Origin: Planctomycetota bacterium
GTDB lineage: Bacteria > Planctomycetota > UBA8108 > SXIK01
Reading direction: 5' to 3'
Length of the DNA: 64,000 nt
Assembly: GCA_965223845.1 (NCBI GenBank)
Contig: CBDCXR010000004.1
Location: 5,920,001 to 5,984,000, forward strand
Under the pieces are notes generated by a model. It had not been told where the DNA came from, made no database searches, and saw only the letters and a list, made by a program, of their open reading frames with translations. Positions within the stretch are counted from its first letter, which is position 1, and each line of letters starts with the position of its first letter. Shown in pieces: positions 47,501 to 56,044 of the stretch. The position numbers were made by a program, and so were the translations under genes.

Positions 47501-48776
47501 TGAAGCATCGCTTCCGAAAGAGGTCGCCTTCGCACAGGCAAACCTCCCCGCGACCATCGCCGTTCATGTCTGGGATCAAGGAGATCTGCTGAGAAAACGG
47601 CGGCGACAGCAAGCCGCTGTCGTCGACGATGACCGAGCCGCGAACCTCCTCGCCGATCATCGCGGGCTCGATCTCCGGAGGAAGGGGATCGTCCGGTCCA
47701 CCCGCGAGCACGAGGAGCACGGCGGCGCCTCCGAAGTCCGGTTCGAGACCGGTTCCGACGAGGAAGTCGGGCTGGAGATCGCCGTCGACGTCCACCCCGC
47801 CGGCCGAGTACACGGGTGAGGACGTCGCGCGTAGCGGGGGCGGAGGCACTGGAACGGAGCTCGTCCGAAGGCTGGCGAGACGATCTCGTCCGAACGGGTC
47901 GAGTGTTCCGCGAACGGACCGTCCACCGCGAAGCACGATGACGAGATCCTCGCGTCCGAGAGCGAGGTCGCGCGGTTGGTAGCGAACGAGAAGCTCTTCG
48001 AAGCCGTCCCCGTCGATGTCACCCGCGGGTGCGACCGCGGCGATGCGGAGCGAATCGGTTCCCTCGATCGTCGAAATCAGGTCGGAGAAACTCTCGCGGC
48101 TGAATCGCTCGGGCGGAGGTGGGCGCGGCGCCGGCGGAAGCGGCGGTCCGCGAACCTCGATCCCGCCGGCGACGGATTCGGTCGGGAGCGCCCCGATCTC
48201 CGGCACGTGAACTCGATTGCTGAGCGGAACGCTCAGTCCGGTCTTGGGGTCGCGCCATCCAGCTCCGTCGACGAGGGAAACTTGCGCCGTTCCATCGCTC
48301 GCGTCGGACCTCACTTGGAAAGACAGCTCGAGAACCTCGGTTTCGACACCGATGGGGAGAGTGACCGGCGCGAGCTCATCGGTGAAGAGCGCGCGCACAA
48401 CCATGCTCCCTTCGGTCACGCCGGACTCGTCCGGTTCGTCATCGCGGTTGTCGGTACGTTCGACGGCCAGGAACCAACCTTCTTCCGCGCGAAATCTCGG
48501 TGCGAATCCGAGCCCGATGAGTCGAGTCTCATCGAAGTCGATCGAGAGGTCGAACCCCGCGACCGGCTCGCCGGGCTCGATCGTCAGTAGGAGCGACACC
48601 ACTTCCCGCGGCGCTGCCGCGGTCGTGTCGATCCGAATCAACGCGGCTGGATCCTGACCGGAGAGGGGGGCGGGAAGGAGCGCACCGAGGAACGGGGTGA
48701 CGGCGACGAGGGCCAAGCGCGAGACCGCATCGAGGACACGAGGGCTTCGGGATCTGCGGTTCTGAAGAACGATCAT
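44571..48776 (-). CDS. Large secreted FG-GAP/integrin-like repeat protein with an N-terminal cohesin-like domain, IPT/TIG domain and C-terminal dockerin-like domain
   Basis: Many GD(I/L/F)DGDGFxD motifs; VAGFDLSIDFD; PRGGSSLGGEPLIVVGRGF; FIRGDADRSGSLNITD...DSDDDGRILITD. Confidence 0.85.
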   Translation of the reverse strand: MIVLQNRRSRSPRVLDAVSRLALVAVTPFLGALLPAPLSGQDPAALIRIDTTAAAPREVVSLLLTIEPGEPVAGFDLSIDFDETRLIGLGFAPRFRAEEGWFLAVERTDNRDDEPDESGVTEGSMVVRALFTDELAPVTLPIGVETEVLELSFQVRSDASDGTAQVSLVDGAGWRDPKTGLSVPLSNRVHVPEIGALPTESVAGGIEVRGPPLPPAPRPPPPERFSRESFSDLISTIEGTDSLRIAAVAPAGDIDGDGFEELLVRYQPRDLALGREDLVIVLRGGRSVRGTLDPFGRDRLASLRTSSVPVPPPPLRATSSPVYSAGGVDVDGDLQPDFLVGTGLEPDFGGAAVLLVLAGGPDDPLPPEIEPAMIGEEVRGSVIVDDSGLLSPPFSQQISLIPDMNGDGRGEVCLCEGDLFRKRCFILFGSPDLPPLIELQQIGLEVPGVVIAHAIEQTEPASIRSVVPLGDVDGDDLGDLGIVTLSAIRGQNRRNRVFVVLGRTEFAELLEFDRYNDEDETDLPEGAMRFSGYEDVARAGDLDGDGFGDFVLFGLPLGDSGWCHIVFGRPRSDFPTSLEFEEFRSSDLGFRMREARFRPGDDTLAGATPKLYFGSGRDVDGDGFDDLVFGAPRRHVRLTTPAAIASGGAAFLLRGSSERNLGSSFSLNEIATRGLGIQIDGFEAQAHFGLAVHAASLDRELGQDLVVLSREVDCDGDTTPFDADYRAVIIPGNALVAPPEAPHVSTVLPRGGSSLGGEPLIVVGRGFDETAIVEIGNREAGLVTALGEGIMVVEAPPAASPIGAAVTVRTAAGESEGGTTYLYLAPTDRSLSVGSGDPQTRSFFAAPEFETRSLGIAHGDFNGDGHVDLAAGVWTPGNNPDESDSNFALHLIFGPGARGVDTPLASLESPAAVVLTPDEDWHYYRGLDFGSVRSGGDVNGDGYDDFIIGAEGETREWRIVFGRKEFESGPNLAGDEGSVRIFSEASRSWLDNGFSIIADVDGDDRDEIVVSARLDGGTSLFLVAGREAYPPEIRIESVVELELGSRIRSRAGKASLPPSDFVLPAGDFDGDGSLEILTGGRGEAVAGAAMTISLGEFIDQPQEVRVDSTFLHGRFGLLISGSSLLSGSDFWASSAGDIDGDGDVDLAFYQDDITACTRFPRSGRVFVFDHEAVLENAFDAERFPFMESRYRDLGGPDFAPYPRASGVVEVESPHMLERVGAVMCPAGDFDGDGFHDLFIAGRGEHGYIVLGREDFYDPATAHVDLRDPKGRAVPVFVRAFLAEGGFDWDADGFGDVLVASADGSVHVLFGSGRPTVEFIRGDADRSGSLNITDSIFTLNFLFAGTARPVCFDALDSDDDGRILITDAIFALLHLFGTGPAPPAPYPDPGVDETADELDCRE

Positions 48777-49018
48777 TTGCGAGTGGAGAACAAGAGGCGA
48801 GGGCCGAAGGAGCGTGAAGCGAGACCGCAAATCCTCTTCGATGGTGATCGTTTCGGAACGCCGTCCCGCCGATGATGAGGTGCGCGGCGAAATGCGTTCC
48901 TGCGTTCCACCGTAGCGCGTGGACCGAGGCCGCGCATCATCGGAGTTCGCCGCAGAGGCGATGCGTTCTGACGGAGTCCGCCCGATCCGGCAAAGCGGTT
49001 CGGCTCTCCGGGCGCGAC

Positions 49019-49738
49019 TCAATCGTTCGCGGGCAACCGGAGCACGCTCGTCTGTCGTCTTCCCGTCGAGCCGCGCGAACCGCCCGGAGCCGCCAGCCCC
49101 GGCGCCTTCTTCGCAACTCCTCGAACAACGATGACCGAATCCGCCTCCGCGAGGTCAGGGAGGTCGCGCGGGATGGCGAACCGATCGAGAACGTCCCGCG
49201 GCGTCATCACGGAGAGCTCGAGCGAAGGAAGACTCTCGACCTCGATGTCCGTCGCGTTCGCCGAGTCGAGAGCCGCGTGGAGAGTGCGAAGGCGCGCGGC
49301 CGAACGACCCGCCGGGACGCCGAATCCGCCGAGACGCTTCGTCATGTCGGGGAGGTAGGTCGCAACGCGAAGCACGCCGTCGCCGGAAACGAATACGAAT
49401 CCGAACCCACCGGAATCGAGATCCAGGTGATCGACGAGATTCGTGCCGCTCAGGCGCTTCGCGAGGGACACGATCTCTTCGACGAGAGTTTCCTTCGCCG
49501 CGGGAGTTTCGAGAAACCATCGGACGGCGCGGCGTTCGGCCGCCCGGAGCGCGCTCGTGTCCTCGATCACCTCGAGCAGATGCTTCGGCTCGCGCACGAG
49601 GCGTTCGCGAAATCGATACTCGACGAGTCCTTCCCGTAGACCGAGCGTCGCCGCGATCCCGATCGCGGATGCGCCCGCGAGCCACGTGAGGATGCGCCGC
49701 ATCCGCCGGCGGGGGCGAGAGTGCGACTCCGTGTTCAC
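49019..49738 (-). CDS. Hypothetical protein with an N-terminal membrane anchor
   Basis: GTGA-coupled to the upstream hydrolase; RRILTWLAGASAIGIAATLG. Confidence 0.6.
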   Translation of the reverse strand: MNTESHSRPRRRMRRILTWLAGASAIGIAATLGLREGLVEYRFRERLVREPKHLLEVIEDTSALRAAERRAVRWFLETPAAKETLVEEIVSLAKRLSGTNLVDHLDLDSGGFGFVFVSGDGVLRVATYLPDMTKRLGGFGVPAGRSAARLRTLHAALDSANATDIEVESLPSLELSVMTPRDVLDRFAIPRDLPDLAEADSVIVVRGVAKKAPGLAAPGGSRGSTGRRQTSVLRLPAND

Positions 49739-50913
49739 CGAGCCCCTTCGGGCGCGACCCCGGGCGATGGTTTTGCGCTCGTCTCGGCGGGCGGTTTCAG
49801 ATGCTCGTCGAAGAACGCGTCGACGAGCTCATCGATCTCCGCCCGGCGACGCCAACCGTGCCCGCCGCCCTCGACGACGCGGAGAGTGCTCTTCACACCG
49901 GCCTTCGTGAGCGCTTCGTGGAGGAGCTCGCTCTGGCCGAGCGGAACGATGAAGTCCTCGTCGCCGTGGACGATGAGGAACGGCGGATCGTCCTCGCTCA
50001 CGTAGGTGATCGGATTCGCCTTCCGAGCGAGATCCGGATGTTCCTGGATCGGCGCTCCCACGAGCTGCGACTCGGGTGAGTTCGGAGCGTCGTGGTCGAT
50101 CCGCCCTCGCTCGCCCGCCTGTGCGTTCATCTTGAGGAAGTCCGTCGGCCCGAAGAAGTTGCAGACCGCCTGAACGCGCGCCGGTGGCGCGTTCTCTCCG
50201 GGTGTTCCGCTGAGCGACTCGACGCCACCGCTCGTTCCGAGCAGCGCGACGAGGTGACCGCCCGCCGACGAGCCCCACGCGCCGATCCGATCGGGATCGA
50301 GGCGGTACTCCTTCGCGTGCGCGCGGATCCAGCGCACGGCGTCTTTCACGTCCTCGATCTGCGCGGGGAACTTCGCCGTTTGGCTCAGGCGATAAGCGAT
50401 GCTCGCAACCGCGTAGCCTCGCTTCACGAAGCGAAGCGCGGGCGTCGAGCCCTTGTTTCCGTTTCGCCACGCGCCGCCGTGCACCCAGAGGATGACGGGA
50501 AGGGGCTCCGCGCTCGAGCGCTCCTTCGGCAGATAGAGATCGAGGCGGAGCGAGAGCTTGCCGGCGCGCTTGTATTCGATGTCGCGCTCGACCTTGACGC
50601 CGTCGAGCGCGACGCTGCTCGCCGTTCCGACGCGTCGTTCCCTGAGAGCGCGCCGGCGGCGGAAGAGGATATCCTCCTCGAGCTCGACGTAACCGTTCGA
50701 GTTCCGGTCGATCCGATTGAAGTTCGCGCGCAGTCGCTCGGGAAACTCGCTCTTGTTGAGCTTCCCGTCCCCGTTCTTGTCGTGCTCGGCGAAAAACTCC
50801 TCGGCTGCGCGAACCGGATCCGGGTTCGGGCCGACGGGGCGGCGTTTGTCCTGGGCACGCGCGGGGATCGCGCAGACGAAGAGAAACGAAACGAGGAGGA
50901 CGATCTTGCTCAC
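49735..50913 (-). CDS. Secreted alpha/beta hydrolase (BD-FAE/lipase-like) with N-terminal EF-hands
   Basis: DKNGDGKLNKSE, DRNSNGYVELEE; HGGAW, GSSAGG, HGDED, GGGH. Confidence 0.85.
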   Translation of the reverse strand: MSKIVLLVSFLFVCAIPARAQDKRRPVGPNPDPVRAAEEFFAEHDKNGDGKLNKSEFPERLRANFNRIDRNSNGYVELEEDILFRRRRALRERRVGTASSVALDGVKVERDIEYKRAGKLSLRLDLYLPKERSSAEPLPVILWVHGGAWRNGNKGSTPALRFVKRGYAVASIAYRLSQTAKFPAQIEDVKDAVRWIRAHAKEYRLDPDRIGAWGSSAGGHLVALLGTSGGVESLSGTPGENAPPARVQAVCNFFGPTDFLKMNAQAGERGRIDHDAPNSPESQLVGAPIQEHPDLARKANPITYVSEDDPPFLIVHGDEDFIVPLGQSELLHEALTKAGVKSTLRVVEGGGHGWRRRAEIDELVDAFFDEHLKPPAETSAKPSPGVAPEGAR

Positions 50914-51044
50914 GGTCGCTGCTCTCACTTGAGGGCCGACGCTCGGGTCTCGACTCAGAAGACGGAGTACCGCCAGCTCGTGTTTGCTCGGAATCCGAAT
51001 CCGCCCGCACGCGACGGCTGCCCGCCACCCGAGCTCACTACTCG

Positions 51045-54000
51045 TTATCGGCAAGCGCTCGGACAACCCGCAATGCGCACACAGCTTCGACCGAGAACGT
51101 GCGGAGCCCCGCGACGGAAGAGATAGTTCAGCATCGCGATCGCGTCCGCGATGTTCACGCTCGCGTCCCCGTCCGCGTCGAGGAGCTCTCGATTTCCTTC
51201 GCTCGCGATGCCGCGATCGCCGCAGGGAAGATCCGCCGGCGAACCTCGGAAGAGATGCCCGAGGATCTGGATCGGATCGGTCACCGTGAGTCTTCCGTCC
51301 TGGTCGATGTCCCCCGCGAGCTGGAGGCCCCCGGTTGCGTCCTCGGCGACCGTGTTCCGCGCGCCCGGCGTGCCGCCGTCCGTCGTCGAAGACGCCCAGT
51401 TGAGGGGCTCGTTGCTGTACGCGTGAGCGCCGATGCGCTCGAGGCTCGGACCCGCGCCGTCGGGCTCGACCGGCCACGGGTCGGTGTCGTTGTATCGGAC
51501 CGCGTCGATCTCTTCGGCCTGATCGAGCTCCGCGATCGGCGCGAGGAGTCGAAGGCGTTCGCCGCGGTTCTCGAGCGCACCCGCATAGGGACCGACGACC
51601 ACCGCGCCGTCGGGGACGCCGAACTCTGCGCGAAACTCATCCGGCGCCATCGGCGCGACCACGAGATAACCCTCGCTCGGGATCTCGGCGCCTTCCGGAA
51701 AGACGAACGGGCCGTCGTCCGATGGACTCGATATGCCGCGGATCTCCCAGCCCGCGAGCGAGCGCGGATCGGACCGAGGATTGTAGAGCTCGATAAACTC
51801 GACGCCGGCCGCGTCGACGGGGTGGTAGTGGATTTCGTTGATCGCGACGAGCGGAGCGCGGGGGTCGCCATTTGCTCCGCCGAGACTGCTCGACTCGAGG
51901 ACGACCGACTCGAGCCCGAGGCTCGTCTCGTAGCGACCGTAGGAAACGTCGGCCGAGAGGCCGAGCTCGAGCGCGGTGATCTCGGTTCCGGCGAGATTGC
52001 TGAGATAAACCGTCGGCTCGGCGGGGTCGAGCTCGAAGATCGTGCTCTCGCCGTTGGCTGGGTTCTCCTCGAGCACGAAAAACTCTCCGGGCGCGAGGCG
52101 AACCTGGAACGACACGGACTGAAGGGTGGACGCATCCGAACGGTCCGTACTCACGAACCAATCGTGCTGGATTCCCACGGTCGATGGCCCGAGGTTGACG
52201 ATCTCGATCGCATCCACGGCGAGCCTTCCGTTCATTCTCACTTCGGAAATCGCGAGCTGATCGAAGGACGGCTCTGCACCGAGAGCGCCCGGCGAGCCGC
52301 CGCGCTCCGAGCTCGCGCGCCAGGCGCGTGGATCGTCGGGGACGAACTCTCCGCCCATGTAGATGAGCGACGAGCCGAAACCGTCCGCCGCGAGCGGCCA
52401 AAAGCCATCGTCGTCGTACTCGACGCTGAAGATCGTGACGCCCGTCTCGTCCTTGATCGTGAGCTTCTCGCCGCCGTTTGCGAGTCCGCCTTCGAATACG
52501 CCGAACGGCTCGACGTCCGGATACGCCGCACGAAAGGCTTGCTCGTTCGCGACGAGGACGAGCCGCTCGCCGCTCGCGAGAAAGTCTCCCTCGGAAAACT
52601 CGAACGTGAGCCCGCTCGTAAATCGAAGTCCCGCGAGGTCGGCGGTCGAGTCGCCGGTATGAAGGAGCTCGACGAACTCTAGTTCGCCGCCCTCGGCCGG
52701 GCGGTAGTGGATCTCCGAGATCACGAGCCCGTCGGGGCTCGAGCTCGGCACCGTGTAGATCGCTTCTCGGAGCGCGCTCCAAGACTCCCCATCGAGCGTC
52801 CGCGCCTTGAGGATCGTATACGCCGTGATCGGGATGGCACTCGTGTACGCCATCGCGCTCGCCGACGCCGCTCCCGCAAACGCCTCGCGCGGATCGGATC
52901 CGTCGAGCGTGTAGAGGATTTGACCCTCCTGGCCGTTCGGAAGGGACAGCTCGACCGCGGTGCCCGCGTCGACCTCGCCCGCATCGACGCTCGCGATCGG
53001 CGCTCCCGTGCGCGAGTAGACGCGGATGTTGCGGAACTGACCGAGTACGGCGTTCGAGCGTGCGGGGAAGTGGGAATTGAGGAGACGATTCCGTTCGCGC
53101 GTCCAATCGAGCATGCCGTACGGTCGAGCCTGGCGATAGTCGCCCCAGCGGGCCGATTCGAGGATCACGACGGGTTCGAGCTGCTCCGCGCGCGTCTCCC
53201 AGCGCGCCGCGGCGGCCTGCGGTGTGAGCGTTCCTCCAGGAGAAAAATGCTTCTCCACGCGGTCGCCGAACGCGACCTGGAACTCCGGGTGCGCGCGGAG
53301 GCGCGTCCAGATCTGTCCGGGCGAGTTCCCCTCCGACACACCGGTCCGATTCGCGGTATTCCCTTCGAGGATGCGCTCGGCGTCCCAGCTGAAGAAGAAC
53401 CACTTCGCGCCCTCTTGGCGCCGCCGCGCCGAGTACCAATTGTGACTCGGCCAGTCAGCGTTCGCGCCGTAGAAGTTCATGATCATGTAGTCGACGAAGT
53501 TGACGAGGTCGAGCTGATCGAAGAGCGCGTTGTAACCCTCCGGGGTCGACACGTTCGCGGCCGCGGCGAGGAGCTCGCGCCACGCGAGAGTGTCGCCGTT
53601 CACGGGCTGCGCGGAGTTGAGCGCATCCCACTCGTCCTTCGAGCCGCCGAGATAATCCGCGGCAAAGGGCGCACTCGGCCGCTCGACGAGGTTGTAGACA
53701 CCCCAGAAGAGTCCGTTGACGAAGAGGTTCACGTAGCGACCGTGCGGCGATGCCTGTCCCATGTCGCGCATCGTGTCGCGCGCCCACTGATCGCGGATCA
53801 TGCTCGCGCGGCCGCGCTGCCCGCCGTCGTTGTGGATCCAGGAGTTGTTGTAGTTCGCGCGCAGAATCAGCGTGTCGAAGGAGTCGAGCTCCGAGTCTTC
53901 GAATACGCGCCGGCGAAGCCGAGTCGGACCGTACGCGCCCTTGAAAAGAAAGCGGAAGCTGTGCTTCGGCGAGCGGCTGAAGATCCGGCTCGCCCCGCCG

Positions 54001-55967
54001 TGGATGCGAAGGCCGCAGTTGATCTGAAAGCTGCCGTCCCCGTCCGGCGCCGCGACACCCTCGGGATAGATCCACTCGGCGGAGGCCGGTCGCTCCCAGC
54101 GGACTCCCTCGGCTTCCGAGTTCGGGTAGATCCCCTGTGAGCCGAAGATATGGTTCACGTCACCGACGATCGAGATCGCGGGAATCGAGCGGAAGCCGGC
54201 TTCGACGAGTGCGGGGTTGTCATCGGCTCCGACGACATCCGGGTCCATCGCATAGTCGGCGTTCCCCGATCCCCAGCGAGCCGGAAAACCCGCCGGGCGC
54301 GGCGGCTGTGACCCGATGAGCGCGGGAAAGAGATACGTCTGCGTGATGACGCGCGACGGCAGGTATTTGTCGCGGTACGCCGCCGCGCGAACCGTGACGA
54401 CCGCGCGCGCCGCCGATCCCTCGATGGCGATCGGTCCCGCGTACTCTTCACCGCGCTCGGGAAGGGGCTCGCTGCCGTCGAGCGAGTAGAAGATCTTCGC
54501 CTCGGGCGTCGGCGTCGAGAGCTCCAGCTCGAAGCCTTCGGAGAAGAATCCGTGCTCGACGCTGAAGATCGGATCTTCGACGAAGCTCGCGAGTACGGAT
54601 TCGGGGGGATTCACTTCGCCCGGCGTCGGATCGAAGAAGTAGCCGACGCTTCCGTCCGTCGCGACGCCGTAGGAGTGGTCGGGACGCTGCGCGGGGTAAT
54701 CTTCGAAGAACGAAACCGCGGCGCGCGGGATCTCCGGTGGATAGAGATAGACCGAATCGCCCGAGCGATTCAGCTTGAAGCTCGCGTGAAATTCGCCCTC
54801 CTCGACGCGATCCTTCGCCGAAGCGAACACGACGAGTCGCTCGCCCGGTGCGAGGACGTGCCCGGGAAAGACCCACGCCGATGGGTCGTCCGCGTCGTCC
54901 GACAGCGACCAACCCGCGAGATCGATCGGCTGATCGCCGTAGTTCTCGATCTCCACCCAATCGGGCGTGTCGCGGTCGGCGTCGATGATCCCGGATCCGT
55001 TCGCCGCGAGGAACTCGCTGATGCGAAGAGTCGGTGGCGGCGCGTCGGGATCGACGGAGTAGGTCCAAGTGCCGCCGGCGAAGGCGTTCGGCTCCTCGGC
55101 GCGATCGAAGATCGCTTGATCGGCGCTCCAGCGCACAGTCGCTTCGCCCGGGGCGGCCGGTTCGGCGAGGCGGAATCGGTAGGGTCCGGCTTCCGCGCCG
55201 CGAACCTCGATGGCCGGAGCGCCGTTGACGACGAGCGAGTTCGCCGTGACGCCCGTGACCGACTCGCTAAACACGACTTCGATCTCTTCGAGGCGCCTCA
55301 CCGTGGCGCCTGCGGGAGGAAGCAGGCTCGCGACGGCCGGAGGACTCCGGTCAGGCCCGAAAGGATCGATGAGCTCGAGGTCGAACTTCATGTCGTTGCT
55401 CGTTCGCGACGCGTTGAGCGCGTGAACCGCGACGACATTTCGGCCCGCACGGATGAACTCGCGAGGGCTCGTCAGCGGGAACGGCTCGTATTCCCCCGAC
55501 TCGTGCCCTCGCTGTGCGCGCGTGTCGAAGGGCTCCGGAGCCCCGATCTCGCCCCGTGCGTTCGCGCGCACGACCTCGACGCCGTTCAGATACACGATGA
55601 ATCCGTCGTCGAAGTCTGCGAGGAAGTGGAGCTCGGTCACTTCACTCGGATCGGCGATCTCGAACTCTCTCCGGAGATAGAACGTCGTGTAGTTCCCGCG
55701 CATCGGCGGCTCGCGTTCACTGAGGTCCGTCCCGTAGGGCGGATCACCGAAACCGAACGGCGCCGGCGCGAGCTCCCAGTCGGCGTCGTTGAACTCTGCG
55801 GCGGCCCATCCGAGCGCCTCCTCCGACGGTTCGGCGACACCCGGGAGGAATCGCCACTCGGAGCCCGCCTCCACGAAGACCGTGTTTTCGGCGCGAAGGT
55901 ACACGTTCGGCGCGAAGAGGACGTAGAGGAGAACGAGCGGCGCCGCGCACCGTTTCGAGAAACACAT
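51045..55967 (-). CDS. Secreted LTD / chitobiase-Fn3 / CotH kinase protein with a dockerin-like tail (paralog A)
   Basis: ISEFLAAN, YSLDGSEP, GLRIHGG, KHSFRF, WGVYNLVE, NADWPSHNW, SWDAE; GDIDQDGRLTVTD. Confidence 0.85.
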   Translation of the reverse strand: MCFSKRCAAPLVLLYVLFAPNVYLRAENTVFVEAGSEWRFLPGVAEPSEEALGWAAAEFNDADWELAPAPFGFGDPPYGTDLSEREPPMRGNYTTFYLRREFEIADPSEVTELHFLADFDDGFIVYLNGVEVVRANARGEIGAPEPFDTRAQRGHESGEYEPFPLTSPREFIRAGRNVVAVHALNASRTSNDMKFDLELIDPFGPDRSPPAVASLLPPAGATVRRLEEIEVVFSESVTGVTANSLVVNGAPAIEVRGAEAGPYRFRLAEPAAPGEATVRWSADQAIFDRAEEPNAFAGGTWTYSVDPDAPPPTLRISEFLAANGSGIIDADRDTPDWVEIENYGDQPIDLAGWSLSDDADDPSAWVFPGHVLAPGERLVVFASAKDRVEEGEFHASFKLNRSGDSVYLYPPEIPRAAVSFFEDYPAQRPDHSYGVATDGSVGYFFDPTPGEVNPPESVLASFVEDPIFSVEHGFFSEGFELELSTPTPEAKIFYSLDGSEPLPERGEEYAGPIAIEGSAARAVVTVRAAAYRDKYLPSRVITQTYLFPALIGSQPPRPAGFPARWGSGNADYAMDPDVVGADDNPALVEAGFRSIPAISIVGDVNHIFGSQGIYPNSEAEGVRWERPASAEWIYPEGVAAPDGDGSFQINCGLRIHGGASRIFSRSPKHSFRFLFKGAYGPTRLRRRVFEDSELDSFDTLILRANYNNSWIHNDGGQRGRASMIRDQWARDTMRDMGQASPHGRYVNLFVNGLFWGVYNLVERPSAPFAADYLGGSKDEWDALNSAQPVNGDTLAWRELLAAAANVSTPEGYNALFDQLDLVNFVDYMIMNFYGANADWPSHNWYSARRRQEGAKWFFFSWDAERILEGNTANRTGVSEGNSPGQIWTRLRAHPEFQVAFGDRVEKHFSPGGTLTPQAAAARWETRAEQLEPVVILESARWGDYRQARPYGMLDWTRERNRLLNSHFPARSNAVLGQFRNIRVYSRTGAPIASVDAGEVDAGTAVELSLPNGQEGQILYTLDGSDPREAFAGAASASAMAYTSAIPITAYTILKARTLDGESWSALREAIYTVPSSSPDGLVISEIHYRPAEGGELEFVELLHTGDSTADLAGLRFTSGLTFEFSEGDFLASGERLVLVANEQAFRAAYPDVEPFGVFEGGLANGGEKLTIKDETGVTIFSVEYDDDGFWPLAADGFGSSLIYMGGEFVPDDPRAWRASSERGGSPGALGAEPSFDQLAISEVRMNGRLAVDAIEIVNLGPSTVGIQHDWFVSTDRSDASTLQSVSFQVRLAPGEFFVLEENPANGESTIFELDPAEPTVYLSNLAGTEITALELGLSADVSYGRYETSLGLESVVLESSSLGGANGDPRAPLVAINEIHYHPVDAAGVEFIELYNPRSDPRSLAGWEIRGISSPSDDGPFVFPEGAEIPSEGYLVVAPMAPDEFRAEFGVPDGAVVVGPYAGALENRGERLRLLAPIAELDQAEEIDAVRYNDTDPWPVEPDGAGPSLERIGAHAYSNEPLNWASSTTDGGTPGARNTVAEDATGGLQLAGDIDQDGRLTVTDPIQILGHLFRGSPADLPCGDRGIASEGNRELLDADGDASVNIADAIAMLNYLFRRGAPHVLGRSCVRIAGCPSACR

Positions 55968-56044
55968 GGCGAAGGGACTCCGCGGAAACGACCCTGGTGA
56001 TGAACGAGCGAAACGAGGAATCACGGAACAGAACGAGAGCGCGC

